Below are positions 7,774-17,225 of a DNA stretch of 64,000 bases, piece after piece. Source of the stretch: Elainellaceae cyanobacterium (lineage in GTDB: Bacteria > Cyanobacteriota > Cyanobacteriia > CAKZMO01); assembly GCA_050331115.1 (NCBI GenBank), contig JBHJHD010000011.1:9034-73033 (forward strand), read 5' to 3'. The position numbers and the translations under genes were made by a program. Positions within the stretch are counted from its first letter, which is position 1; each line of letters begins with the position of its first letter. The notes below the pieces were generated by a model. That model was not told the origin of the DNA and did no database searches. It was given only the letters and a program-made list of their open reading frames with translations.

Positions 7774-9759
7774 ATGGACACGCCTTTTGAAATTACGCTG
7801 CAGATGGTGCTGGTCACCATATCGGGGATCACGGCTCAGGTTTTAGGGGATTACCTGAAGCTGCCCAGCATCGTCTTTCTACTACTGTTCGGCATGCTGC
7901 TGGGGTCCGACGGACTCGCCATTATTCATCCCAGCATGCTGGGCGTAGGGCTAGAGGTCATCGTTGCCCTCTCCGTCGCCCTGATCCTGTTTGAGGGTGG
8001 CCTCAACCTAGAGCTGCGGGACCTAGGGCGCGTCTCGGGTAGCCTGCAGAACCTAGTCACATTCGGCACCTTGATCACGCTAATTGGGGGCGGTATGGCG
8101 GCCCACTGGTTTAGCGAATTTCCCTGGACGCTGGCGTTTCTATACGCGTCCTTAGTCGTCGTCACCGGCCCCACCGTGATTACGCCTCTGCTGAAACAGG
8201 TGCAGGTGGAGCGGCGGGTTGCGGCGCTGCTGGAGGGGGAAGGGGTGCTGGTGGACCCGGTGGGTGCCATCCTGGCCGTCGTGGTGCTAGACGTGATTCT
8301 CAACGGCGATACCGATCCCGTCATGGTGATCAGCGGCCTGCTGCTGCGGCTCAGCATCGGCGGCGCGATCGGGGCGATTGGCGGCTGGCTGATGGGGCTA
8401 TTCTTGAAGCGGGCTGACTTCCTGTCTGAAGATTCTAAAAACCTGGTCGTGCTGGCAGGCGTATGGGGCCTATTTGGTCTGGCGCAGACGATTCGCAGCG
8501 AGTCGGGGCTAATGACCACGGTGATTGCGGGCATCGTGCTGCGGGCGTCATCCCTGCCGGAAGAGCGGCTGCTGCGCCGATTCAAGGGGCAGCTGACGGT
8601 GCTAGCGGTATCGGTACTGTTTATCCTGCTGTCAGCGGATCTCTCGATCGCCAGCCTGTTTGCCCTAGGGTGGGGGGCGCTGGCAACGGTGGTGACGCTA
8701 ATGCTGGTGGTGCGCCCCATCAATATCTGGGCCTGCACCTGGAACAGCGATCTCAACTGGCGGCAAAAGCTATTTTTGGCCTGGGTGGCGCCCAAAGGCA
8801 TCGTCTCGGCGTCGGTGGCCTCGCTGTTTGCCATCTTGCTCACCGAGCGGGGCATCAGCGGCGGCGATGCTATCAAGGCCCTTGTCTTCTTGACGATCAT
8901 TACCACCGTTGCCGCCCAGGGCCTGACGGCGGGCTGGGTAGCCCAGTTGCTGGGCATCACCTCGACCCAGGCTACCGGGGCCGTGATTGTCGGCTGCAAT
9001 CCTTTTAGCAAGCTCATTGCACGCCTGTTTAATGACCGAGGCGAGTCCGTCGTTCTAATTGATACCGACGAGGAGGCCTGCATAGAGGCGGAAAAGGAAG
9101 GGCTGACCGTTATTGCCAGCAGCGCGCTAGAGGTCGATGTGCTAGAGGAAGCGGGCCTGGCCACTGCGGGTACCTTTCTGGCAATGACCAACAACAGCGA
9201 GGTGAATTCTGTACTGGCGCAGCGGGCGACCGAGGAGTTCAAGCCGCCTCGGGTGCTAGCGGTGACCACCGGCGAGCTGAAGACCGACCTGGAGCTAGTG
9301 GAAGACAGCGGCGGCAATAAAGCGCCCAAGCCCCCTACCGCGAAGGTGCAGCAGGCCTTTGTGCAAAAGCTGCCACTTAAGGCCTGGAATGGCCATATTC
9401 AAGAGGGGGCTATCAAGCTGGGAGAGACGACTCTCAAGGAACCAGGCTTCCTGTTTCAACAGGCCCATCTCAAAGCGCTAACGCGGGCCGGAGAGCTTGT
9501 GCCCATTATGGTGGAGCGCGAAAAGCGACTACAGGTGGTGAGGGCCCAGGAAGAATGGCAGGCGGGCGATCGCATCTTTTATCTGCTTCACGATCCGCGG
9601 CCCAAGCTGCTGCGCCGGCTGTCGGGTAGCTCAACGCCGTCTCGACTGGCGATTGAAAAGCTGCCTGCGGTGGAAGAAATTCCCCTCCCCAAGCCGCCTG
9701 GCCTAGACGAGCAGCCGGGCGCTCTGCCGCTACCGCCCCAGGCGCAGCAGACTACATAA
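7774..9759 (+). CDS. CPA1 Na+/H+ antiporter with TrkA-N domain
   Basis: ILFEGGL, VTGPTVITPL, LEGEGVLVDPVG and APKGIVSAS motifs, then a TrkA-N-like region. ATG 7774 is preferred over TTG 7753. Confidence 0.9.
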   Translation: MDTPFEITLQMVLVTISGITAQVLGDYLKLPSIVFLLLFGMLLGSDGLAIIHPSMLGVGLEVIVALSVALILFEGGLNLELRDLGRVSGSLQNLVTFGTLITLIGGGMAAHWFSEFPWTLAFLYASLVVVTGPTVITPLLKQVQVERRVAALLEGEGVLVDPVGAILAVVVLDVILNGDTDPVMVISGLLLRLSIGGAIGAIGGWLMGLFLKRADFLSEDSKNLVVLAGVWGLFGLAQTIRSESGLMTTVIAGIVLRASSLPEERLLRRFKGQLTVLAVSVLFILLSADLSIASLFALGWGALATVVTLMLVVRPINIWACTWNSDLNWRQKLFLAWVAPKGIVSASVASLFAILLTERGISGGDAIKALVFLTIITTVAAQGLTAGWVAQLLGITSTQATGAVIVGCNPFSKLIARLFNDRGESVVLIDTDEEACIEAEKEGLTVIASSALEVDVLEEAGLATAGTFLAMTNNSEVNSVLAQRATEEFKPPRVLAVTTGELKTDLELVEDSGGNKAPKPPTAKVQQAFVQKLPLKAWNGHIQEGAIKLGETTLKEPGFLFQQAHLKALTRAGELVPIMVEREKRLQVVRAQEEWQAGDRIFYLLHDPRPKLLRRLSGSSTPSRLAIEKLPAVEEIPLPKPPGLDEQPGALPLPPQAQQTT

Positions 9760-9786
9760 TTTCAGGCTTTTCCCTTGGGAAATGTT

Positions 9787-9800
9787 GTATTCCTTAATAC
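9787..9800. promoter_or_regulatory. Possible NtcA-like site upstream of ctaA-ctaB
   Basis: TGTA-TTCCTTAA-TAC. There is no well-placed -10 box. Confidence 0.25.
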
Positions 9801-10053
9801 GCCCGCCTCGGCGCTGACAACCCTAAAGAAAACCCTAAAGCTTGGTCAGGACCGAGAAACCGTCACTACAGTGGAGTAAGAGAAAGGTTCAGTCTCACGG
9901 CAGGTTTTCGAGAAGCAGCGACTCAGACGTCCGCGGCATCGCTGTTACGCTTCGCAATATTTTCTCCGTCGTGCAGCTGAGCCGATTGACCTAGGTCCGA
10001 TCCATGGCGTGACCTAGCAGACAGCGACTCAACATTTGTCACAAGAGGTCTTA

Positions 10054-11004
10054 ATGGCTCATTTTGCTCAGTGGCCGACCCATCGACCCGATCAGGCGAC
10101 ATCCACTGGTGCCCCACAGCTCAACTCAGCGGCGGTTCAGCAAGTTCGTCGCCTCGTCTGGAAGATGGCGATCGCTACCTTTATTTTGATGGCGATTGGC
10201 AGCGCGACCCGGGTGATGAACGCTGGCCTGGCCTGCCCCGACTGGCCGCTGTGCTACGGCACTTTAATCCCCACCCAGCAAATGAACCTACAGGTGTTTC
10301 TAGAGTGGATTCACCGCCTGGATGCGTCTTTAATTGGCCTGATGGCGATCGCGCTAGTGGCGCTCTCCTGGCGGCGGCGACTGGTTCTACCCCAGTGGTT
10401 GCCCTGGGCCTCTCTGGGGGCGCTGGCGTTGGTTCTCGTTCAGGGACTGCTGGGCGGCCTCACCGTGACCCAGCTGCTTCGCTTTGATATTGTTACGGCC
10501 CACTTAGGTACGGCGCTGCTGTTCTTCATCACCCTGCTGACCATCGGCCTGCTGCTGCTCCCCGCCCCTGCAGTGCAGCCCCGCCGCCCTCTGCTGCTCC
10601 CCGCCGTTAGCCTCACCGCTGTCGCGCTGATCTACGCCCAAAGCCTCTCCGGCGGGTTAGTGGGCTCCCAGTGGGCGCTCCATCAGTGCCTACAGCTGAC
10701 CCAGCTCTGTTCGGTGGTCAATATCCACCTGCTGGGGGTCATTCCCACCAGCATTGCCGTGGTTACCGCCGTCGCCCTGGGATGGCAATTGGAGACGCGC
10801 CTCGCCCGCGCTGCGGCGGCGCTGCTGGTGGCGCAAATTTTTCTGGGAACGGCGACGTTTCGACTACACCTCCAGGTCGAGCTATTGACCATCAGCCATC
10901 AGGTGGTAGCGGCGGCGCTGCTGGGCAGCCTGGTGTGCATCGCGGTCCGCAGCCTGCAGGCGGCCCAGGCCGGCGGGTTCGCTAGCGAGACCCTAGCCCG
11001 CTAG
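10054..11004 (+). CDS. ctaA: Heme A synthase (CtaA/COX15)
   Basis: GSATRVMNAGLACPDWPLCYG, FLEWIHR and TAHLG. ATG 10054 has a GAGG RBS. Confidence 0.95.
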   Translation: MAHFAQWPTHRPDQATSTGAPQLNSAAVQQVRRLVWKMAIATFILMAIGSATRVMNAGLACPDWPLCYGTLIPTQQMNLQVFLEWIHRLDASLIGLMAIALVALSWRRRLVLPQWLPWASLGALALVLVQGLLGGLTVTQLLRFDIVTAHLGTALLFFITLLTIGLLLLPAPAVQPRRPLLLPAVSLTAVALIYAQSLSGGLVGSQWALHQCLQLTQLCSVVNIHLLGVIPTSIAVVTAVALGWQLETRLARAAAALLVAQIFLGTATFRLHLQVELLTISHQVVAAALLGSLVCIAVRSLQAAQAGGFASETLAR

Positions 11005-11099
11005 CGCTAGGCTGGCAAGACGACTAAAGCCGGCGAAACGCTAGCCCGCTTACCGGTGTCTCCTCAATATTTCTGAATTACTTTGAACCCAAGATTTCT

Positions 11100-12065
11100 A
11101 TGCAAAACGTTGCGACTCCTGTCCGTCACCACACCAACCTCTGGCAGCTCCTGCAGAGCTACTGGCAGCTCACCAAGCCCCGTATCATCATCCTGCTGCT
11201 AATTACCACAGCCGGCAGCATGTGGATTGCTGCGGCGGGCGCGGTAGACCCGGTGCTTCTGCTCTCGACAATCACGGGCGGTGCCCTAGCAGCCGCCTCA
11301 GCCAACACCATCAACTGCCTGTACGATCGCGACATCGACTACGAAATGGAGCGCACCCGCCATCGCCCGCTGCCCTCGGGCCGGGTGCAGCCGCGAGACG
11401 CGCTGCTGTTTGCGATCGCCCTAGCGCTGCTCTCCTTTTGTCTCCTGACGACAGCCGCCAACCTGCTTAGCGCTCTGCTGGCCATGTCGGGAATTGTCAC
11501 CTACGTGCTGGTCTACACCCACTGGCTGAAGCGCCACAACAGCCAGAATATCGTCATCGGCGGCGCGGCAGGCGCTATTCCTCCGCTGGTGGGCTGGGCG
11601 GCGGTGACCGGTGAGCTGAGCTGGCCCGCCTGGATTCTGTTTGCCATCGTCTTTGTGTGGACGCCGCCCCATTTTTGGGCGCTGGCGATGATGATTCGCG
11701 AAGATTACGCCAAGGTGGGCGTGCCCATGCTGCCGGTCGTGGTTGGCGAAGAGTCCACTGCCCGCCAGATTTTGGGCTACACCATCCTGCTGCTGCCTAC
11801 CACGCTGCTGCTGGTCTACCCCTTCGGCGTCTTGGGGAGCGTGTATGCCGTCAGCGCCCTTTATTTGGGCGGTCTGTTCATCGTCAAGGCTTGGGCGCTG
11901 CTGCAAAGCCCGTCTGACCTAGGCTTGGCGCGATCGCTGTTTAAGTATTCTATCTTCTACATGATGCTGCTGAGCGCCGCCATGGCTGTAGATAGTCTGC
12001 CAGTGACCCATGAGCTGACGGCTACGGTTGCTCGCTTTGGTCATCAGCTGCTAGCCCTGCTATAG
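11100..12065 (+). CDS. ctaB: Heme O synthase (protoheme IX farnesyltransferase)
   Basis: [29 protein letters not shown] and [10 protein letters not shown]. Confidence 0.96.
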   Translation: MQNVATPVRHHTNLWQLLQSYWQLTKPRIIILLLITTAGSMWIAAAGAVDPVLLLSTITGGALAAASANTINCLYDRDIDYEMERTRHRPLPSGRVQPRDALLFAIALALLSFCLLTTAANLLSALLAMSGIVTYVLVYTHWLKRHNSQNIVIGGAAGAIPPLVGWAAVTGELSWPAWILFAIVFVWTPPHFWALAMMIREDYAKVGVPMLPVVVGEESTARQILGYTILLLPTTLLLVYPFGVLGSVYAVSALYLGGLFIVKAWALLQSPSDLGLARSLFKYSIFYMMLLSAAMAVDSLPVTHELTATVARFGHQLLALL

Positions 12066-12108
12066 GCTAAAGCTAAGCTAGTGGCGATGCTTGTGGCATT
12101 GAGATCAA

Positions 12109-12278
12109 CGGCGGCAGCTCAGCGTACGCGTTTAGCGCAGCTCTTGGCCCTTACCCCCCAACCCCTCTCCCAGTTCTGGGAGAGGGGAGCCTGGTTCCCT
12201 GCCCTCAGGATTGAGGAAAGGCTAAGGATGGGGCTTTACTAGGAAGCTAAACAGATACACCTCCCTGAGGTGCCGCCG
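12109..12278. mobile_element. MITE/REP-like non-coding element
   Basis: 14-bp terminal inverted repeats (CGGCGGCAGCTCAG / CTGAGGTGCCGCCG, 1 mismatch), inner GTTTAGC/GCTAAAC, and the perfect hairpin CCCCTCTCCCAG-TT-CTGGGAGAGGGG at 12162-12187. Confidence 0.6.
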
Positions 12279-12295
12279 CTGGCCCATTGCTCTTC

Positions 12296-13774
12296 TTACA
12301 CAAACTCGCCCTCAATCACCTTCTGGCGACGGCGGGCAAAAACCGCCGCGCCCGCAGCCAGCCCTGCGATCGCCCCGATATAGTAAGGCGAAACGCTCGG
12401 CCATCGGCTGTGCCAAAGCCCGCCAGCGTCAGCTTCTTCGGGGGAAATAACCTCTGGCGGAGATATGACCTGCCAGGACAGCAGCTCCAGGTCAGCATCG
12501 TCCTGGAGCTGCTCCCGGCGATCGATATAGTTTTGCAGGATGCTGCTGTTGGCCAAAAGCTGCTGCTCAGCAGCGCCGTACTGCCGCAGCAGACCCGTAA
12601 TCCGGCGGCGCTCTGTCGCTAGCGTAGCCTCGACCTGCGCAAGGGTCTTTTGGCGTAGCTCCAAAACCTCAATCTGATGCACGATCCCTACCAGCTTCTG
12701 CAGCAGCTCACCGTATATGGGCTGCTGAAACACAGGGTCAACTGGTCCTCGGGGATTGTCAAGAAATCTTCGCAGACTGCCCTGGGCCGTTTGATTGAGC
12801 TGGGCAGAAATCGCGCTGTGCCGCTGATGGAGGGCGCGTAAGGATTGACTGTTTGCCTGAGGGCGGCCAAACTCAGCGGCAATTTGCTGCTCGACCTGCC
12901 GGAGCTCCTGCAGCCGCTGCTGGTAGGGCGCATCACGCTGCAGGAGCGTCCTGGCCGGCGTTTGAGAGAGACCCACGCGATCCTGCAGCACAGCGCGCGC
13001 TTTATAGGCGGCGGAGAGGCGCTGATTGATGTCAATGCTCTGTCGCTTAACGTCAGCGGTTCGAGCTGCCGCGAGCTTTGCCTGTTGACTAGGTGCTGGT
13101 CCGCTGCCGTACAGCCGGCGAAGCTGATCTTGATCGGCCCTGACCCGCTGCTGCACCTGAGGAATCTGCGCTTCCACAAACTGCAGACCCCGGCAAGCGG
13201 ACTGGCGACAGGTGTGGCCGTGGCTGAGGTAGGTTGAGCTGACCTGCTCGATGACGGCCTCCGCCATATCGGCATCGGGATGGCGGTAGCGGATGTCAAA
13301 GGTTTCCCCTACGGCTTCGATGGTTAGCGACTGAAGCAGACCGTCATAGGTAATATCGACAGATCGGGACTGAAGCTGAGCGACGACTGGTTCGAGCAGA
13401 GCCGGGCTCTCCATCACCTCAAGCTGCGTCTGTAGATCCAAATGGACCGCCTGCTCGCCCTGGGCCGCCAGGGTGACGCGGGCCTCGTAGGTTGGCGGGA
13501 TAACCTGAGTAATCTGATCGACTACGCCCACCGCAGCGGCGATCGCCACGCCAGCGGCGAGACCAATAGGTAGAAAGCGATCGCTGGGGTCGGGGTGACA
13601 TATCGATGCGTCGTAGCCCACGGGAGCCCTTTCCGACTGGGCCGCGAGCACAACCGCTGCAGAAGACGAAACAATCACGTAAGGCAGACCCTCTGAATGC
13701 GCTGATTCAGATGAGGCCCAAAGGGGCAACATCGCGATTGTTTCCATAATCCTCCTCGCAATACGTCGGTGCAC
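12296..13774 (-). CDS. Wzz/GumC-like polysaccharide chain-length protein without a kinase domain (start uncertain)
   Basis: TM, then PPTYEARVTL..TQLEVMESPALLEPV, a long coiled coil, WQVISPPE and a C-terminal TM. Confidence 0.7.
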   Translation of the reverse strand: MHRRIARRIMETIAMLPLWASSESAHSEGLPYVIVSSSAAVVLAAQSERAPVGYDASICHPDPSDRFLPIGLAAGVAIAAAVGVVDQITQVIPPTYEARVTLAAQGEQAVHLDLQTQLEVMESPALLEPVVAQLQSRSVDITYDGLLQSLTIEAVGETFDIRYRHPDADMAEAVIEQVSSTYLSHGHTCRQSACRGLQFVEAQIPQVQQRVRADQDQLRRLYGSGPAPSQQAKLAAARTADVKRQSIDINQRLSAAYKARAVLQDRVGLSQTPARTLLQRDAPYQQRLQELRQVEQQIAAEFGRPQANSQSLRALHQRHSAISAQLNQTAQGSLRRFLDNPRGPVDPVFQQPIYGELLQKLVGIVHQIEVLELRQKTLAQVEATLATERRRITGLLRQYGAAEQQLLANSSILQNYIDRREQLQDDADLELLSWQVISPPEVISPEEADAGGLWHSRWPSVSPYYIGAIAGLAAGAAVFARRRQKVIEGEFV

Positions 13775-13906
13775 AATATGTCGGCTTGCGCTTCCGATGA
13801 GTTATACGGTGTTTCCACGGACCCATCGGGACACCTACTCATCTTCCCAAGCAGGCGGCTACAATTAATGTAGAGTCTAAACATCAAGGGACAACTTGGC
13901 TGACCT

Positions 13907-14926
13907 ATGACCCCAGCGGTGCTCATCAAAGATTTGCAGAAGCGCTACGGCTCCGTTGAGGCGCTCAACGGGGTCTCGTTTCACATCGAGCCGGGCGAGA
14001 TCTTTGGGCTGCTTGGGCCCAACGGAGCCGGAAAGACCACGCTCCTGCGCTGCCTGTGCACTTTGGCATCGCCAGATTCAGGAGAAATTCAGGTCTCTGG
14101 TATCTCGGTGCTAGACGAGCCCAAGCTGGCTCGCCAGCGGATTGGCTATGTGGCCCAGGAGGTGGCGCTAGACAAAGTGCTCACCGGGCAAGAGCTGCTC
14201 GAGCTGCAGGCGGCGCTCTACCACATTCCCCGGGTGGAGGCGACGCGGCGCGTTGAGTCGATGGCTTCGCTGCTGGGGCTCAGTGGCCGACTAGGCCAAA
14301 AAAGCGGCACTTACTCTGGCGGTCTACAAAAGCGCCTCGACTTGGCCGCTGGCCTGCTGCACCAGCCCGACGTCCTCGTACTCGATGAGCCCACGGTAGG
14401 GTTAGACATCGAGAGTCGCGTAGTAGTCTGGGACTTTCTGCGGCAGCTAAAGGCCAACGGAACGACGGTGCTGCTGACCAGTCACTACCTTGAAGAGGTG
14501 GATGCGCTAGCGGACCGCGTCGCTATCATCGACAAAGGAGCCGTAATTGCATCGGGCACCTCCTCTGCTCTCAAGGACAAGGTCGGGGGCGATCGCATCA
14601 CCCTGCGCATTCGCGAGTTCACCTCGGATGATGAAGCGGCCCAGGCCCGCGGGCTGCTGGAGGCGCTGCCGTTTGTGCAGGAGATCATTATCAATGCGTC
14701 CCAGGGCAACTCTTTGAACCTGGTTGTCGATCCCCAGAGCGAGGCCCTCGTCACGGTGCAGCAGGCGCTTAAGTCTGCAGGGCTACCCACCTTCGGTATT
14801 TCCCAGGCCCGCCCTAGCCTGGATGACGTCTACCTAGCCGCCACCGGGAAGACCCTGATGGATGCAGAGCTTGCCGCCGCCGGCAGCCGCGATCTGAAGG
14901 CCGAACGTAAGCAGAGCATGCGGTAG
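13907..14926 (+). CDS. ABC transporter ATP-binding protein (DrrA-like)
   Basis: GPNGAGKTT, YSGG signature and VLDEPT. Confidence 0.95.
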   Translation: MTPAVLIKDLQKRYGSVEALNGVSFHIEPGEIFGLLGPNGAGKTTLLRCLCTLASPDSGEIQVSGISVLDEPKLARQRIGYVAQEVALDKVLTGQELLELQAALYHIPRVEATRRVESMASLLGLSGRLGQKSGTYSGGLQKRLDLAAGLLHQPDVLVLDEPTVGLDIESRVVVWDFLRQLKANGTTVLLTSHYLEEVDALADRVAIIDKGAVIASGTSSALKDKVGGDRITLRIREFTSDDEAAQARGLLEALPFVQEIIINASQGNSLNLVVDPQSEALVTVQQALKSAGLPTFGISQARPSLDDVYLAATGKTLMDAELAAAGSRDLKAERKQSMR

Positions 14927-15042
14927 CGATAGCCTACGTCCATATCGCGATTATCCATTGACCTGCTTCACCTCTAATCGATCTTCTCTACTCTGTTCAT
15001 TGGATTAGCTTACGCCCAACTCGGACAACACCCCATACCACC

Positions 15043-15915
15043 ATGAACCAGACGATCACCCCGCTCAATCCCGCCTCTAGCGCCGCTCAGCAAACGCCAG
15101 GTCTGCTCTCCGGCGAATTCCTCCAGGAAACTGGAGCGCTGGCGAAGCGGTTGTTCATTCAGCTCCAGCGACGCCCCACAACGCTGATTGCGGGCATTAT
15201 TCAACCGCTAATGTGGCTGATTCTCTTCGGCGCGCTGTTTCAAAACGTTCCTCAAGGGCTGTTTGGCACCAGCCAGAGCTATGGTCAGTTCTTAGGCGCT
15301 GGCATCATCGTGTTTACCGCGTTCGGTGGGGCGCTCAACGCCGGGCTTCCCGTCATGTTCGACCGGGAGTTTGGCTTCCTCAACCGGCTATTGGTCGCGC
15401 CGCTGGCCTCCCGCCTGTCCATCGTGGTGGCCTCTGCCCTCTTTATCGCCACCTTGAGCATGATCCAAACCGCCGTGATTGTGGCCGCGAGCGCCGTCAT
15501 GGGGGCAGGGCTACCCGGCGTCGGCGGACTGCTGCTGCTGGCCGGTATCGTACTCCTGCTGGTCTTGGGGGTGACGGGCCTTAGCCTCTCCCTAGCGTTC
15601 GCCCTACCAGGCCACGTGGAGCTAATCGCCGTCATCTTTGTCACCAACCTACCGCTGCTGTTCTCTAGTACTGCGCTAGCGCCCCTCTCTTTCATGCCCG
15701 TCTGGCTGAGGTGGATTGCCGCTCTTAACCCGCTCAGCTACGCCATCGAACCCATTCGCTACATCTACGTCAACAGCGCCTGGACCTTTAACAGCGTCGT
15801 CATGCAGGCCCCCTTTGGCGAGGTTACCCTTTGGGCAGCGCTACTGGTTCTAGTCGGGTTTGACGCCGTGGCGATTTTGCTGGTCCGCGCTCTGCTGCGG
15901 CGCTCGTTTTCTTAG
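15043..15915 (+). CDS. ABC-2 type permease
   Basis: IQPLMWLILFG, DREFGFLNRLLVAP and NPLSYA; follows the ATPase gene. Confidence 0.93.
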   Translation: MNQTITPLNPASSAAQQTPGLLSGEFLQETGALAKRLFIQLQRRPTTLIAGIIQPLMWLILFGALFQNVPQGLFGTSQSYGQFLGAGIIVFTAFGGALNAGLPVMFDREFGFLNRLLVAPLASRLSIVVASALFIATLSMIQTAVIVAASAVMGAGLPGVGGLLLLAGIVLLLVLGVTGLSLSLAFALPGHVELIAVIFVTNLPLLFSSTALAPLSFMPVWLRWIAALNPLSYAIEPIRYIYVNSAWTFNSVVMQAPFGEVTLWAALLVLVGFDAVAILLVRALLRRSFS

Positions 15916-16227
15916 GCGGCTTCTTAAGCAGCTATACGCCCTTGGAGGCGCTTCGCAAGCGCGCTTCAGCCGGAGCTGGGTACGAATGCCCCTCTTTACA
16001 ATCTAATGCTGAGGTAGCCACCTTCTAGATAGGCACATTTTCTAGCACGACGAGGCGGCAGCAGGCCATAATTGCGCTAACTGTATTAGATAAAGATGTC
16101 TTCGGTGCGCCTCTGAATCGCCAAACTTGGTCGCCAAACTTGGTCCGCTAGCCCGCGCTGCATCTGTTCAGCCAATTACGCCATACTGATTACGCCATAC
16201 TACAGCTAAACTCGACGGTAACTTCCC

Positions 16228-16566
16228 ATGAAATCCTCTACTCAATTCTCCCTCGCGCTGTCTGTTGCACTCTGCGGCCTCGCCGGCTTAACCCCGCTTG
16301 CCAGCGCCCAGACCACCGTCGACCCCCTAGAGGATCTGCGGACCCAGGACGGGGGGAGCGGCCCCTTTGAAGGCAGCGGCGGCTCCGCTCAGCAGGGCGT
16401 CTTCGACATCATTCACAGCACCGTCCTCAGTAATGACACCTCTGCGGAAGAGTTTAACGAGGCGCGCAGCGAGAATATTGAAGCGGAGGCCGACAGCTTC
16501 CGAGAGCAGCGGCGGCGATTGCTCAATCAAGAAGATCAAGGCGCAGCGGCAGAAGACCCCCAGTAG
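16228..16566 (+). CDS. Small secreted hypothetical protein
   Basis: Signal peptide ending ASA-Q and an acidic mature part. Confidence 0.7.
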   Translation: MKSSTQFSLALSVALCGLAGLTPLASAQTTVDPLEDLRTQDGGSGPFEGSGGSAQQGVFDIIHSTVLSNDTSAEEFNEARSENIEAEADSFREQRRRLLNQEDQGAAAEDPQ

Positions 16567-16620
16567 GGGGGCGCGGCCTATGGCCACTGCTAGGAGACCT
16601 GTCGCTAGAGGACTTATCGG

Positions 16621-17223
16621 ATGTCCACTGCGGACGTTTCGGCTGACATTCTCGCTTTCTGGTTCGGCGACGCTAGCCGAGACGATGTGAGCTACCAAGC
16701 CCGCCGTAAGCTTTGGTTTAGAAAATCAGCGACGTTTGATAAGGAGGTCCGCCAGCGATTCGAGTCGGTTTATAGGCAAGCCGTCGCCGAGTCCTGGGCT
16801 CGGTCCCCAGATCGACAGGCGGCTCCGGCAGATAGCTTAGCGCTGACCCTACTGCTCGATCAGCTGCCCCGAAATATGTTTCGCGGCAGCCCAGCGGCGT
16901 TTGCCGCCGATCCCCAGGCTCAGGGCGTGGCAAAGCAGGCGATCGCCCGCGGCTTCGACCAGGCGCTATTGCCCCTACAGCGCATGTTTTTCTACTTTCC
17001 GCTAGAGCACAGCGAATGTGGGGTAGACCAGCAGCAGGCGGTAGACCTATTTAAGACAATAGCGGAACAGGCCCCAGAGCTGAGCGATGCCTTCGACTAC
17101 GCGCGCCGTCACCAGCGGGTGATCGATCGCTTCGGGCGCTTTCCCCACCGAAATCCAATCCTAGGTCGCCGCAGCACCCCTGCCGAGGTAACCTTTCTGA
17201 AGCAGCCAGGGGCACGGTTCTAG
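16621..17223 (+). CDS. DUF924 family protein
   Basis: ILAFWF, LDQLPRNMFRGS, FFYFPLEHSE and FGRFPHRN. Confidence 0.92.
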   Translation: MSTADVSADILAFWFGDASRDDVSYQARRKLWFRKSATFDKEVRQRFESVYRQAVAESWARSPDRQAAPADSLALTLLLDQLPRNMFRGSPAAFAADPQAQGVAKQAIARGFDQALLPLQRMFFYFPLEHSECGVDQQQAVDLFKTIAEQAPELSDAFDYARRHQRVIDRFGRFPHRNPILGRRSTPAEVTFLKQPGARF

Positions 17224-17225
17224 GG

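Noticed and set aside
7926-9329. 467-aa antisense ORF, and many similar overlapping ORFs
   Set aside because: It lies entirely antisense to the antiporter, is Ser/Thr/Arg-rich and has no motifs, which is typical of GC-rich shadow frames.
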